The position numbers and the translations under genes were made by a program. From IMG/VR virus record IMGVR_UViG_3300019742_000001: DNA of 64,000 nucleotides; one strand, given 5' to 3'. Below are positions 10,168 through 19,176 of this stretch, in pieces. The notes beneath the pieces are model-generated. The model was not told the origin of the DNA. It saw nothing but the letters and a program-made list of their open reading frames with translations, and did no database searches. Source of the stretch: a virus (lineage: Duplodnaviria > Caudoviricetes). The stretch's first letter is position 1. The number at the start of each line of letters is the position of its first letter.

Positions 10168-10685
10168 TCATCTATTAAATATTCCTGTTTTGTTTCCTTT
10201 TTTAACATTTGACTTGGCTTTTCGGAACTTCTGTACCAAATTAGTTCTCAACTTCTTACTGAAGTCCTTTGACCATGTACTAACGACAACATCTTCTATG
10301 TCTTCCATCGGAACTTCCATAGGGTTTGATATATAATATGATGGGTTATAAAAGTATCTTCTTACAGCATTTTTAAGAAATGGGAACTCAGATAAAAGTC
10401 TTTCCCATGTCAACCTAAAGTTTCCGTTTGTGTGTTCCCATTCTCTCATCCAAGATTGAACAAAATGTCTACGGTGAGTTCTTGGGATATAAGTGAAATT
10501 AATTCCTTGGAAGAAATGCCATTCGTGTCCAGTGTTTGGATGTCTACCAGAATACGCATACATCAAAAGTATCGTAGGATTAGGATCATTATGCCACGCA
10601 ATCAAGTATAGCGGAATTTGTAAAAATGACCCGATTTCCAAAGAACATTCTGGAATCTCTTAGTATATTGTATCCTAAGTGCCAT
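10168..10685 (-). CDS. T4 gp2-like DNA end protector protein, apparently frameshifted near codon 27
   Basis: DP.PT.L...FQGINFTYIP..R...NAVRRY resembles the gp2 core and the gene sits near gp4. The natural N-terminus (ATG 10685, ...KSGHFYKFRYT*) is in a different frame from the body (10641..10168). Confidence 0.5.
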
Positions 10686-11388
10686 AACAAATATCCGCTA
10701 TATATACGTCCTCACTATTAAAGATTTTGTTCATTAATTGCTCCTTTGTAATATCACACCTATCTCGTTTTATTATATTTTGTTTCCTATCCAACATTCG
10801 TAGGTTATTTATGTTTGATATTATATACGGTGGTATGTTTTGTCTAAAACCTTCCTGTACTGAATATATATGATCTAAATTATACTTACTCCTTGGCAAA
10901 CCATCAGGGTTTATTTCACCAATGTGTTTTCTATACACTTTTTCTGTCATATTATATACTGTTCTTCTGTATATCTTCCATTCACCCCAAAGTTCTTCTT
11001 TAGTAAAACCTCTGATAGAATCCCAATATTTAACATGTTTTTTCCCATTCTCTTTTCTGGCATCTTTACATTTCTTTGAGTTTTTTATAGAAACACTCAT
11101 ATTACTTCTGTAATCATCTGTTGTTCTTATGTCACACAACCTATCATAATCTATTTTCCACCTACTTTTCTGTGAACACGAATTACAAATGTGATCAGGA
11201 AATTTGTTTATAAATTGATATGAATTACTGTCAAACACCTCACCACAATCAGGGCATATAATTTTAATTTTTAGTGTGGATTTTTTAGGGAAATGTTCAT
11301 CAAGTGATCTACCATCATACCTTTCGATAACACATAATTTCATTTCGTCAGTTAGTAACCTAATTCTCGACCCTATATTATAACTCAT
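10675..11388 (-). mobile_element. Free-standing HNH homing endonuclease with Zn ribbon
   Basis: CPDC/CNSC and YNLDHIYSV...NINNLRML..KQNIIK. It lies between gp4 and the gp2-like gene with its own TATAAATA at 11405. Confidence 0.75.
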
Positions 11389-11507
11389 AAATACCTCCTA
11401 TTGGTATTTATAAAAATTATGCCACGCCTGATACTTAAACTTGTAAAAGTGCCCTGATTTCCAGTGAACATTTTTAAATCTCTTGTTGTACTGTATTCTC
11501 AATGCCA

Positions 11508-11975
11508 TTATTTTTTCCCAAATAATTCTTTTTCTGTTATTATTTTAAATATCCAACCTTTTCTAAGACAATATGCCCTAGCTGATCTCCACTTAGCTTG
11601 ATTTGTTTTATATGCTCTGTCTTCGGTTAACATAGTTTTTCTGCTTTTGTTAGAAGATCTTGTTGGTGGTATTGTCTGTTTGTATGGTTTTACTTCAATA
11701 AGATATGTATCACCATTCTTTGTTTCTATAACAAAATCAGGGTAATATCGTCTAAACCTAGGCTTGTTATTTCTTATTGGTTCTAAAGGATCTTGGTATT
11801 TTATAACAATCTCCTCACTTGACCAACCAATGACACCGGAAGAGTAGTCTGCCCAACGACAGAATGCCTCTTCCCATGACGATCTACATATAATAGGAGG
11901 TCTTCCTTTATATTTCTCAGGATAAACTGGTACATACTTAGTATCACCCTTATTAATATGTGTTTTTATTGACAA
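11508..11975 (-). CDS. gp4: Head completion nuclease, T4 gp4-like (TnsA-N fold)
   Basis: YKG..PIICRSSWE..FC.W.D....WSSEEIVI.Y...RYYPDF...IEVKP.KQT.PP. Confidence 0.88.
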   Translation of the reverse strand: MSIKTHINKGDTKYVPVYPEKYKGRPPIICRSSWEEAFCRWADYSSGVIGWSSEEIVIKYQDPLEPIRNNKPRFRRYYPDFVIETKNGDTYLIEVKPYKQTIPPTRSSNKSRKTMLTEDRAYKTNQAKWRSARAYCLRKGWIFKIITEKELFGKK

Positions 11976-12281
11976 TTAAACTCCCTCTTCTTCCTCAACG
12001 ACCCCTAGAATATCATCTTCTCTCATCATCAAGTAGTCTTTGCCACCAACTTTGATATCATTTCCAGCATACTTACCGAACATAACAAAATCACCTACTT
12101 TAACATCAAGAGGTAAAACTTTCCCTTCTGGTGTTACCATTCCTTTTCCAGCAGCAATGACAATCCCTTGTTGGGGTTTCTCTTTGTTGCCAGTGTCAGG
12201 CATAATAATACCACCCGCTGTTACATTGTCTTCTACAATACACTGAATAATCAATCTGTCTTTCATTGGTCTGATATGCAT
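11976..12281 (-). CDS. groES: Co-chaperonin GroES
   Basis: IRPMKDRL...TAGGIIMPD..KEKPQQG.VIAAGKG...VKVGD.V.FGKYAG.DIK..G..YLMMREDDILG. Confidence 0.95.
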   Translation of the reverse strand: MHIRPMKDRLIIQCIVEDNVTAGGIIMPDTGNKEKPQQGIVIAAGKGMVTPEGKVLPLDVKVGDFVMFGKYAGNDIKVGGKDYLMMREDDILGVVEEEEGV

Positions 12282-12322
12282 AGTTCTCGTTCTCCTTTTT
12301 GTTCACAAATTAGTTTATCTTC

Positions 12323-12508
12323 TTACTCTTTTTCGCCTTTCCATTCTTTATCTACCATGTTAAAAAAATCTTTCTTCTCTTGGTCTGACATATCGGCAAC
12401 AGAATCAAATCCTGCCTTCTGTAATTTACCTTTGAAGAATTTCTGGTAACCAGACTCTTCATTGACCTCACCACCTACATAAATATCAATCTTTTCTAAT
12501 AAATCCAT
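12323..12508 (-). CDS. Small protein with an MDLLEKID-type leader
   Basis: SD present. The leader is shared with 14557, 15165 and 58690. Confidence 0.6.
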   Translation of the reverse strand: MDLLEKIDIYVGGEVNEESGYQKFFKGKLQKAGFDSVADMSDQEKKDFFNMVDKEWKGEKE

Positions 12509-12519
12509 TATATTATCTC

Positions 12520-12780
12520 CTATTTTTCTGAAATACCTCTACGGCCTAATTCTTGTTTAACAATTTTATTCTGAAGCATTTTTCTACCAGTACCAAAACC
12601 ACTTTCTTCACTCCAAGATTTCAAAACTTCATCACTTAGACCACGAATTTGATCTCTAATTTCAATAGGTGTTCTGCCGTCTGCATCCAAAAACCAATCA
12701 AACTTTTTAACTGCGGCGGCAATCTTTTTCATAGCACCTTCACTTACAAGATATTTTTCTACAATCATATCAATTTTCAT
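12520..12780 (-). CDS. Hypothetical protein, loose CTS-like leader (..KYLVSE)
   Basis: Coupled ORF in the late operon. Confidence 0.6.
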   Translation of the reverse strand: MKIDMIVEKYLVSEGAMKKIAAAVKKFDWFLDADGRTPIEIRDQIRGLSDEVLKSWSEESGFGTGRKMLQNKIVKQELGRRGISEK

Positions 12781-13289
12781 TATACTAATCCCCCTTTACC
12801 ATTTGATTTTTCCATGTTATACTCATCTGGATTTTGTTTCTTCCACATCATCCAACCTTTCACATACTTACCACTAACCAATAATACCCAAAACAATGAA
12901 TATACAATAGTCTTTTTCATATCCATATCTTGGTCCTTGAATAGTTTATCAATTTCTAACCAGACTGACAACGCAGGATAAAAAGCAAGTGTGGGAAATG
13001 CTTCTGATTTAACAACATCCCACCAATGACCAATATCCTCATTCAGAGATTCATCTGATTCTCTAATCTTTTGTTTCTGGATCTCTTTCATCGTTCTATA
13101 CTTTGTACCAAACCCTTTGTTGATCAGAGTAAGAACTTCATCTTCCAGACCAAGTGTAATAACTTGATCAACAAATCCACTAAATTCTTGTTGTAGATAT
13201 GATTTAGTTTTTCGTATATCCATTCTCTTTAAGAGTAACTTGGCACTGTCAACCATGTTCTCATTAAGAAGATAATTATCAAATTTCAT
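12780..13289 (-). CDS. CTS-leader protein (MKFDNYLLNE) with C-terminal hydrophobic helices
   Basis: ATG 13289 with AAGGAG SD and TATAAATA at 13318. Hydrophobic segments FPTLAFYPALSVWL and TIVYSLFWVLLVSG. Confidence 0.65.
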   Translation of the reverse strand: MKFDNYLLNENMVDSAKLLLKRMDIRKTKSYLQQEFSGFVDQVITLGLEDEVLTLINKGFGTKYRTMKEIQKQKIRESDESLNEDIGHWWDVVKSEAFPTLAFYPALSVWLEIDKLFKDQDMDMKKTIVYSLFWVLLVSGKYVKGWMMWKKQNPDEYNMEKSNGKGGLV

Positions 13290-13379
13290 TATATTCTCCT
13301 TTGTACCATTCAATTAGTATTTATAAAAACATAAATACATTATATACAGTAATACTAACAAAAGGAGAATTTTTATAAT

Positions 13380-13847
13380 ATGGCAACTTTAGAGAAAAAT
13401 GGATACTCATATACAGGTTACACAGAACCTTTCTTTACACCTGATACCATCACATCTGGTGATGTTTTGGCAAAGATAGGTGGTTATGATACTATGTCCA
13501 TCACTGGTGCAGTAGATATCAGTTTAACAGAGTTTAGAAATGCTGGTTTGTTCGTGAGATTTGATACATCATTAACAGGAACAACACATACATCTGGGGA
13601 TATCAACTTTGACACTAATAAAGGTGGTGACATCTGGGTTATTGAAGTTGACGGTACACAAGTAACTGTATCTGATGTTCAATATGATAATGTGAATGGT
13701 GTATACAATGTTGAATTGAGTGGATCGGTTACTGTTGTTGCAACCAAACCTTATATGGTTGTTGGTCGTGTAGTTGATGTTGGTGATATTACTGCATCAA
13801 GAGATTATGCTATCGGTGAAAAAGTGTTAGAACAATACCCAGCTTAA
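13380..13847 (+). CDS. Putative virion structural/decoration protein
   Basis: Beta-rich and acidic, with strong SD and CATAAATA upstream. Confidence 0.4.
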   Translation: MATLEKNGYSYTGYTEPFFTPDTITSGDVLAKIGGYDTMSITGAVDISLTEFRNAGLFVRFDTSLTGTTHTSGDINFDTNKGGDIWVIEVDGTQVTVSDVQYDNVNGVYNVELSGSVTVVATKPYMVVGRVVDVGDITASRDYAIGEKVLEQYPA

Positions 13848-13862
13848 CAAGGAATTAAACTT

Positions 13863-14546
13863 ATGAGATTTGAAAAATACATAACAGAAATGGCAGATAA
13901 ACAGTATGGTGCTGGTATAACTTTTATAGATATCGACGAAACCGTGTTTAGAACATTCGCCAAAATCTTAGTTGTAAAGAATGGTAAGACTGTTAGAGAA
14001 TTAGACAATCAAGAATTCAATTCTTATGTCCTTAAAGATGGGGAAGATTACAACTTTGATCAATTCAGAGATGCAGAACTGTTCAACAAATCATCTATAC
14101 CTATCCCTCAAACTGTGGGTAGGATTACTAAGATGTTGGCTCAAATAAAAGCCAATGAACGGAATAGTAAGATTGTGTTCCTTACAGCAAGAGGATCTTT
14201 TGATGACAAGAAAACCTTTCTATCTACTTTTGAAAAGTATGGTATACGAATGGATAGACCAGACGTATATGTTGAAAGAGTTGGTGATATAAAATTAGGG
14301 ACAGTAGACGCAAAAAAGAAAAAGGTTATGCTGGATTATATTTCAACTGGTAAATATCGTCGTGTTCGTTTGTTGGATGATCACCTACCAAATCTTAAAG
14401 CACTAAAAGATATTGAAAACAAACTACCAAAAAATATTGAAAAGAAGGTTGTTGATACATACGATTTAGATGGTGGTGGCAAACTTCCAGTTATAAGTTT
14501 CTATGCATTACATGTACAACCTGATGGTTCACTGAAAAGAGTATAA
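13863..14546 (+). CDS. HAD-superfamily phosphatase with CTS-like leader
   Basis: FIDIDET (motif I), FLTARG (II), K (III), LLDD (IV). It begins MRFEKYITE. Confidence 0.75.
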   Translation: MRFEKYITEMADKQYGAGITFIDIDETVFRTFAKILVVKNGKTVRELDNQEFNSYVLKDGEDYNFDQFRDAELFNKSSIPIPQTVGRITKMLAQIKANERNSKIVFLTARGSFDDKKTFLSTFEKYGIRMDRPDVYVERVGDIKLGTVDAKKKKVMLDYISTGKYRRVRLLDDHLPNLKALKDIENKLPKNIEKKVVDTYDLDGGGKLPVISFYALHVQPDGSLKRV

Positions 14547-14556
14547 GGAGAGATCA

Positions 14557-15165
14557 ATGGATATATTAGATAAAATTAATGGTAAATTATATAGTTATGA
14601 TGAACTCAGGGACATGGAAATAGTTCTTGAAATGTCAATGTTGATTCAAGAAGATGACCTTATGAATGAAGCGTTTGACTTGTCACTACTAAAAACTGGT
14701 GGTAAGGCATTAATGAAAGGATTAGGTCTACATGCAAGTAAATCGGGTGATGGTCTGATACAAATGGCTTTAAAGTCTGGTAAATTGATGGCAGAATTCG
14801 TATGGCATATACTAAAAGCTGCGGCTGGAAATAAAGATTCTAAAATCAGAGTAAAAGAAATTGCTAACACACAGATATCAAAAGAAGATTTTATGAACTT
14901 CTTATTGAAACTTGATATGGCTACTCTTCATATGGTTACAGGTCCGTTACATATGCTTGACGCTATCACTGGATGGCACATTGGTGTTCATATCAAATCA
15001 AAAGTTGGTGATATTATGATCAAGGCAAAAGAAGCCATCAATAACTTGGTTGATGCGGCAAAAGGAACTGATACTTCTATAAGAAAGAAATTGAAATCTC
15101 TGATGCATGGCATAGCTAGATTGTTTGGGTTAGATGACGAACAATCCACAATAAAGAGTCTATAA
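14557..15165 (+). CDS. Helical hypothetical protein, paralog of 18616..19176
   Basis: Shared GL...KS, KED...F....D...L..T..P.H.L..I.G..I pattern. Confidence 0.6.
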   Translation: MDILDKINGKLYSYDELRDMEIVLEMSMLIQEDDLMNEAFDLSLLKTGGKALMKGLGLHASKSGDGLIQMALKSGKLMAEFVWHILKAAAGNKDSKIRVKEIANTQISKEDFMNFLLKLDMATLHMVTGPLHMLDAITGWHIGVHIKSKVGDIMIKAKEAINNLVDAAKGTDTSIRKKLKSLMHGIARLFGLDDEQSTIKSL

Positions 15166-15317
15166 TGGAACTTATTGATATTATAGACCTTATGTTAAAT
15201 GAAGAGGGAGAAGGTGCCGTTGGAACCACCACTGGTGATGTCGCCCAAGTAGAAATCGGAACCAAATCTTCCTGTAAAAAGAAAAAACGCAAAAAACTCA
15301 AAGACATATTGAAATAG
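15165..15317 (+). CDS. 50-aa protein with a basic C-terminus (MELIDIIDLMLNEEG...KKKKRKKLKDILK)
   Basis: My translation. The ATG overlaps the upstream stop. Confidence 0.5.
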   Translation: MELIDIIDLMLNEEGEGAVGTTTGDVAQVEIGTKSSCKKKKRKKLKDILK

Positions 15318-15382
15318 TGTTTACATAATTAGAACATCTTGGTATAGTAGATATATTGTTATTTACTCAAACGAGGTGTTTT

Positions 15383-15652
15383 ATGTCGATGAAAAAATTA
15401 AAAAAAGTAATTAGAAAAGAATGGAACATCACCTACTATCAAATTGATAGGGATGTTCCATTAATTGCGCTTGCCGAGAAGATTGCATGTGACACAGAAA
15501 AATGTACTATTGAAGAAGCATATAATATGTACATAGACAATCCAAACCTTCATTTACCGGGATTAATATCTCTTTGTATAATTGACGGTCTTGGTATCGA
15601 CACCAATAAAGTCAATTGTAACATGACTTTACGTACGATTTTTGAACTATGA
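15383..15652 (+). CDS. Hypothetical protein
   Basis: GAGGTG SD before ATG 15383, and TTTACA-N17-TATAGT promoter at 15320-15348. Confidence 0.55.
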   Translation: MSMKKLKKVIRKEWNITYYQIDRDVPLIALAEKIACDTEKCTIEEAYNMYIDNPNLHLPGLISLCIIDGLGIDTNKVNCNMTLRTIFEL

Positions 15653-15734
15653 GAAAGAAAAAATTATTTCTTCTTGTATAAATAATAACAGAACCCATTT
15701 GGGTTAATTAAAAAAATAAGGAGAATTAAAAATT

Positions 15735-17081
15735 ATGGCTATTGATTATTTACAAGGTAGACCTGTAACGCCTGTTGCGTTTACAGTCACAACTCTAACA
15801 GGCATCGTTGATGCTGTTGAAACACTTGATATTGGAACCGCAGTTGGTTTGGTTGACGGTACTTATACTGGTGTTGCTACTGGTGGTGCGACCGCTGGTA
15901 ATGATGACCTTACCGTTTCGGTTGTTGTTTCTGGTACAGGAACAATTGTTACATTTGACACAGTTAGTATTGTTGACGGTGGTACTGGTTACGATGAGAC
16001 ACAAGATGCAGGAATTACTATTGACGCAACACTTCTTGGTGGGTCTGCTGGTAGTTTGACATTTGATGTAGCATCTACTGTTGGTGCTGTTGCAACAACA
16101 ACTGTTACAGATGGTGGAACAGGTTGGATTACTGGTGACGCTATTACTGCTGACGAAACAATTTCTGATGGTTCTGGTTCTGGTGTTAGTGTTACAGTAA
16201 CAGCCTCGGCTCTTGTTAATGACACACCTGAAACTGGTGGTGTTGTATCTGCACTAACAATCGTTGAAGGTGGTGAAGATTATGTTGGTGGTGATCTTGA
16301 AACAGTTACTTATAACGGTGATGGTGAAGTTGGTGTTCCATCCGAAGACTACGTTGATCATGATGAGTATGAACTTGGTGGTGTTGTTGTAGAATACGCA
16401 AAACCTTATAACGCAACTGCTCCACAGTCTGATTGGCAAGGTACTATGACAGGTGGTTATAATCCTGCTGACACACCTTCATTGGAACCTGATGATAACA
16501 ATCCAGAAATTGGAACAGTTCTTTTGGCTGATATGCCTCAATTGGCTGTTCAAAAGAAATACATTGATGATGGATCTGTTGTTGTTTATGCAGAACCTAC
16601 TATTGTAAACGGTTCAGGTGAAGTAGTTGGTAACACAGTTCGTGCCGAGGATATTGGTGATGAAGCTCGTTGTACAGCTCTTGGTTTTACTTGGACAACT
16701 GAATCAACAGGTGACGGAAACACTGGTTCTTATGGTTACTGTTACGAACCAGCATCTGCATTTGACTCAGGTCTTGTTGAAGAAGAATGTGTTCGTTCTG
16801 GTTTCTATTTTGACGCAGACCTTGATGTGTGTGTTGACACATCAACCCCAGCAAATATGACTACTTATGGTCAAGTTGCATGTAAGGAAGCTGGTTGGTT
16901 CTTTGATGGAACTGATTGTGTTGATTGGGATACTATTGACTTTGGTGTTGATTACACAACTCAACTTACTTGTGATGCCGCTGGCGGTGTTTGGATTGCT
17001 GGTACTTGTTTCTCACCAGAATCATTCGGTAACGGTCAATCTGGTAACTTCTCAGAAACAGTTGGTTCACATAACGACTAA
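15735..17081 (+). CDS. Acidic virion surface protein with GG.G[YW] repeats and Cys-rich C-terminal repeats
   Basis: Late promoter, strong SD, own terminator and biased codons. Repeats are VDGGTGY/TDGGTGW and C..xG..[WF]...C. Confidence 0.55.
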   Translation: MAIDYLQGRPVTPVAFTVTTLTGIVDAVETLDIGTAVGLVDGTYTGVATGGATAGNDDLTVSVVVSGTGTIVTFDTVSIVDGGTGYDETQDAGITIDATLLGGSAGSLTFDVASTVGAVATTTVTDGGTGWITGDAITADETISDGSGSGVSVTVTASALVNDTPETGGVVSALTIVEGGEDYVGGDLETVTYNGDGEVGVPSEDYVDHDEYELGGVVVEYAKPYNATAPQSDWQGTMTGGYNPADTPSLEPDDNNPEIGTVLLADMPQLAVQKKYIDDGSVVVYAEPTIVNGSGEVVGNTVRAEDIGDEARCTALGFTWTTESTGDGNTGSYGYCYEPASAFDSGLVEEECVRSGFYFDADLDVCVDTSTPANMTTYGQVACKEAGWFFDGTDCVDWDTIDFGVDYTTQLTCDAAGGVWIAGTCFSPESFGNGQSGNFSETVGSHND

Positions 17082-17106
17082 TCAGTTAATCTAATTAATT
17101 GAATTC

Positions 17107-17140
17107 AGGGTGATATCTTTCGGGGTATCACCCTTTTTTA
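17107..17140 (+). terminator. Rho-independent terminator with UUCG loop
   Basis: agggtgatatct-TTCG-gggtatcaccct followed by T-run. Confidence 0.9.
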
Positions 17141-17169
17141 TTGACTATTATTCAGGATAATAGTATTAT
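17141..17169 (+). promoter_or_regulatory. sigma70-type early promoter TTGACT-N17-TATTAT
   Basis: Immediately upstream of cca. Similar TTGAC[TA] promoters lie at 23407(+), 24665(+), 28997(+), 44573-44600(-), 47046-47074(-) and 47332-47360(-). Confidence 0.7.
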
Positions 17170-17195
17170 GTATATATCGGAAGGGAAGGGAAAAT

Positions 17196-18554
17196 ATGAC
17201 AGAATTTGAAGCTGGAAAAAAATTGATATTAACAATAGAACGTCTCGGATGTACGGCATATCTTGTAGGTGGTTGTGTTCGTGATATATTATTAGGTCTT
17301 GTTCCCCATGACATAGACTTAGTTACCAGTTGTTCTATGGATGAACTTGAAGAATACTTCACTTGTCACGACATAGGTCAATCAAAATCATTCGGTATAG
17401 TGTGTGTGGAGTTTGAAGGATTTACTTTTGAAGTCGCTCAAATGAGAGTTGATGGTGAGTCTTCTGATTCCCGACACCCTGATGAAGTTATGTTTACTGA
17501 TGATATAGAACTTGATCTATCACGACGAGACTTCACGATAAATGCAATGGCAATGGAGTTTGACGGAACCATAATAGATCCTTTTGGTGGTCAACAAGAC
17601 CTGTTAGACGGTGTTGTTCGTTGTGTCGGTGATCCTGTTGACCGTTTCCAAGAAGATACTCTTAGAATGATAAGGGCTGTTCGTTTCGCATCTCGTTTCA
17701 ACTTTATATTAGAACGTTCCACTTTTGCCGCCATACGTTCTCTCAGTAGAACAATAGACAAAGTTTCACCAGAACGTATAAAAGGTGAACTGTTTAAAAT
17801 GGCAAGTGGTTCTGGTAATCAATTTGCCGAGTCTATAAAACTTCTTGATCGGTGCAAACTTCTTGAGTTTATATTACCAGAAGTAAAGGCGTTACAAAAT
17901 GTTCAGGAAGAACCTCGTTTCCACCCCGAAGCATACATGTTTGGTGACGGAACACCTTTTGATCATACTATGGAAGCAATAAAGAGGAATGTTCATACAG
18001 ATCCAATGATAAACGTTGCTGTTCTGTTACACGATCTTGGTAAATCCGTTACACACGAACTTGATAAAGGTCGGTATGATGAGTATCGTCATCGGTTTCA
18101 CGGTCATGGTCACGCTGGAGTGAGGTTGGTTAACCAAGTCGCAGATCGTCTCAAATTCTCAAATGATGAACGAGACGCATTCGTATTTACTGCACAACAC
18201 CATATGGATCTGTTACACACAAGTAAAATGAGGAAATCAAAAGCATCTGTATTGGCAAACCACGAATTATTCCGACTACTTACAGAGGTTATGTACTGTG
18301 ATGATAGTTGTCGTGGTGACCTTTTTGATTCAAATGAATTCTTTTCTAAGATAGAAGAAATAGTAAAGGTTGGTCGTGACTACAATAAGGTCTGTAAAAA
18401 CAAACAACTCTTAGATGGTAAAGTTGTTATGGAACTAACAGGTCTTCCACAAGGTAAGGAACTTGGACAGTTAATGAAAGATGTTACTGAGAAATTCCTT
18501 GATGGTGATGACTTTGTATGTATAAAGAAACTCATATTAGATTCCGTTAAGTAG
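17196..18554 (+). CDS. cca: CCA-adding tRNA nucleotidyltransferase with HD domain
   Basis: YLVGGCVRD.LLG...DIDL, DLSRRDFTINAMA, RFQEDTLRMIRAVRFASR, LLHDLGK. Confidence 0.92.
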   Translation: MTEFEAGKKLILTIERLGCTAYLVGGCVRDILLGLVPHDIDLVTSCSMDELEEYFTCHDIGQSKSFGIVCVEFEGFTFEVAQMRVDGESSDSRHPDEVMFTDDIELDLSRRDFTINAMAMEFDGTIIDPFGGQQDLLDGVVRCVGDPVDRFQEDTLRMIRAVRFASRFNFILERSTFAAIRSLSRTIDKVSPERIKGELFKMASGSGNQFAESIKLLDRCKLLEFILPEVKALQNVQEEPRFHPEAYMFGDGTPFDHTMEAIKRNVHTDPMINVAVLLHDLGKSVTHELDKGRYDEYRHRFHGHGHAGVRLVNQVADRLKFSNDERDAFVFTAQHHMDLLHTSKMRKSKASVLANHELFRLLTEVMYCDDSCRGDLFDSNEFFSKIEEIVKVGRDYNKVCKNKQLLDGKVVMELTGLPQGKELGQLMKDVTEKFLDGDDFVCIKKLILDSVK

Positions 18555-18598
18555 TAATAACCCTTCTGTTTTTTATAAATAAGACAGAAGGGTTATTA
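18555..18598. terminator. 15-bp perfect inverted repeat whose loop holds a TATAAATA late promoter
   Basis: taataacccttctgt (18555-18569) / acagaagggttatta (18584-18598). Confidence 0.7.
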
Positions 18599-18615
18599 TT
18601 TAGGGGGAGTGTTTA

Positions 18616-19176
18616 ATGAGATTCGAACAATACTTAAATGAGGAATCAACCAATGTTCTTGGTTATGTTTTTCTTTCAAATGAATTAAATGAAGTGGTGA
18701 GTGATAGTTTTTTATTTAAATTACAAGCTCTTGGTCAAAAGATGGGTTTGAAAGTGAGAAAGTCACGAACATTTCAACAACAACTATCTAATGCTGGTAG
18801 TGGTGTACTTGACCTTATGAAAATCGTATTTGAATATTCTGTTCACGCAGATATATTTGATACTTCTGCTCGTAAAAAATTAGAACAAGAAATAAAAGAT
18901 AAGTATTCAAAGGTCAGAAAGGAAGATGTAATTTCCTTCATCGTTAATATAGACAAAACCTTTCTCGGTATCACATCAATACCAAGACATATTCTACAGA
19001 ATATCCTCGGTATCACAATTACATCATATGACAATTGGCAAACAAACAATGATTATGTATCTCTAAATATGGAGAAAATAATAATGGTACTGGATGACAT
19101 GAAAGACGAAGAAAATGCGATATTGGCAAGAAAAATTTACACTAATGTTACTGGTAAAACATATAAGAGGTCATAA
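18616..19176 (+). CDS. CTS-leader helical protein (MRFEQYLNE), paralog of 14557
   Basis: Leader plus shared motifs. Confidence 0.65.
   Translation: MRFEQYLNEESTNVLGYVFLSNELNEVVSDSFLFKLQALGQKMGLKVRKSRTFQQQLSNAGSGVLDLMKIVFEYSVHADIFDTSARKKLEQEIKDKYSKVRKEDVISFIVNIDKTFLGITSIPRHILQNILGITITSYDNWQTNNDYVSLNMEKIIMVLDDMKDEENAILARKIYTNVTGKTYKRS

Noticed and set aside
10675-11388. Group I intron around the HNH endonuclease
   Set aside because: The gene lies between two separate genes with its own promoter, and no split exon or intron core was recognisable.
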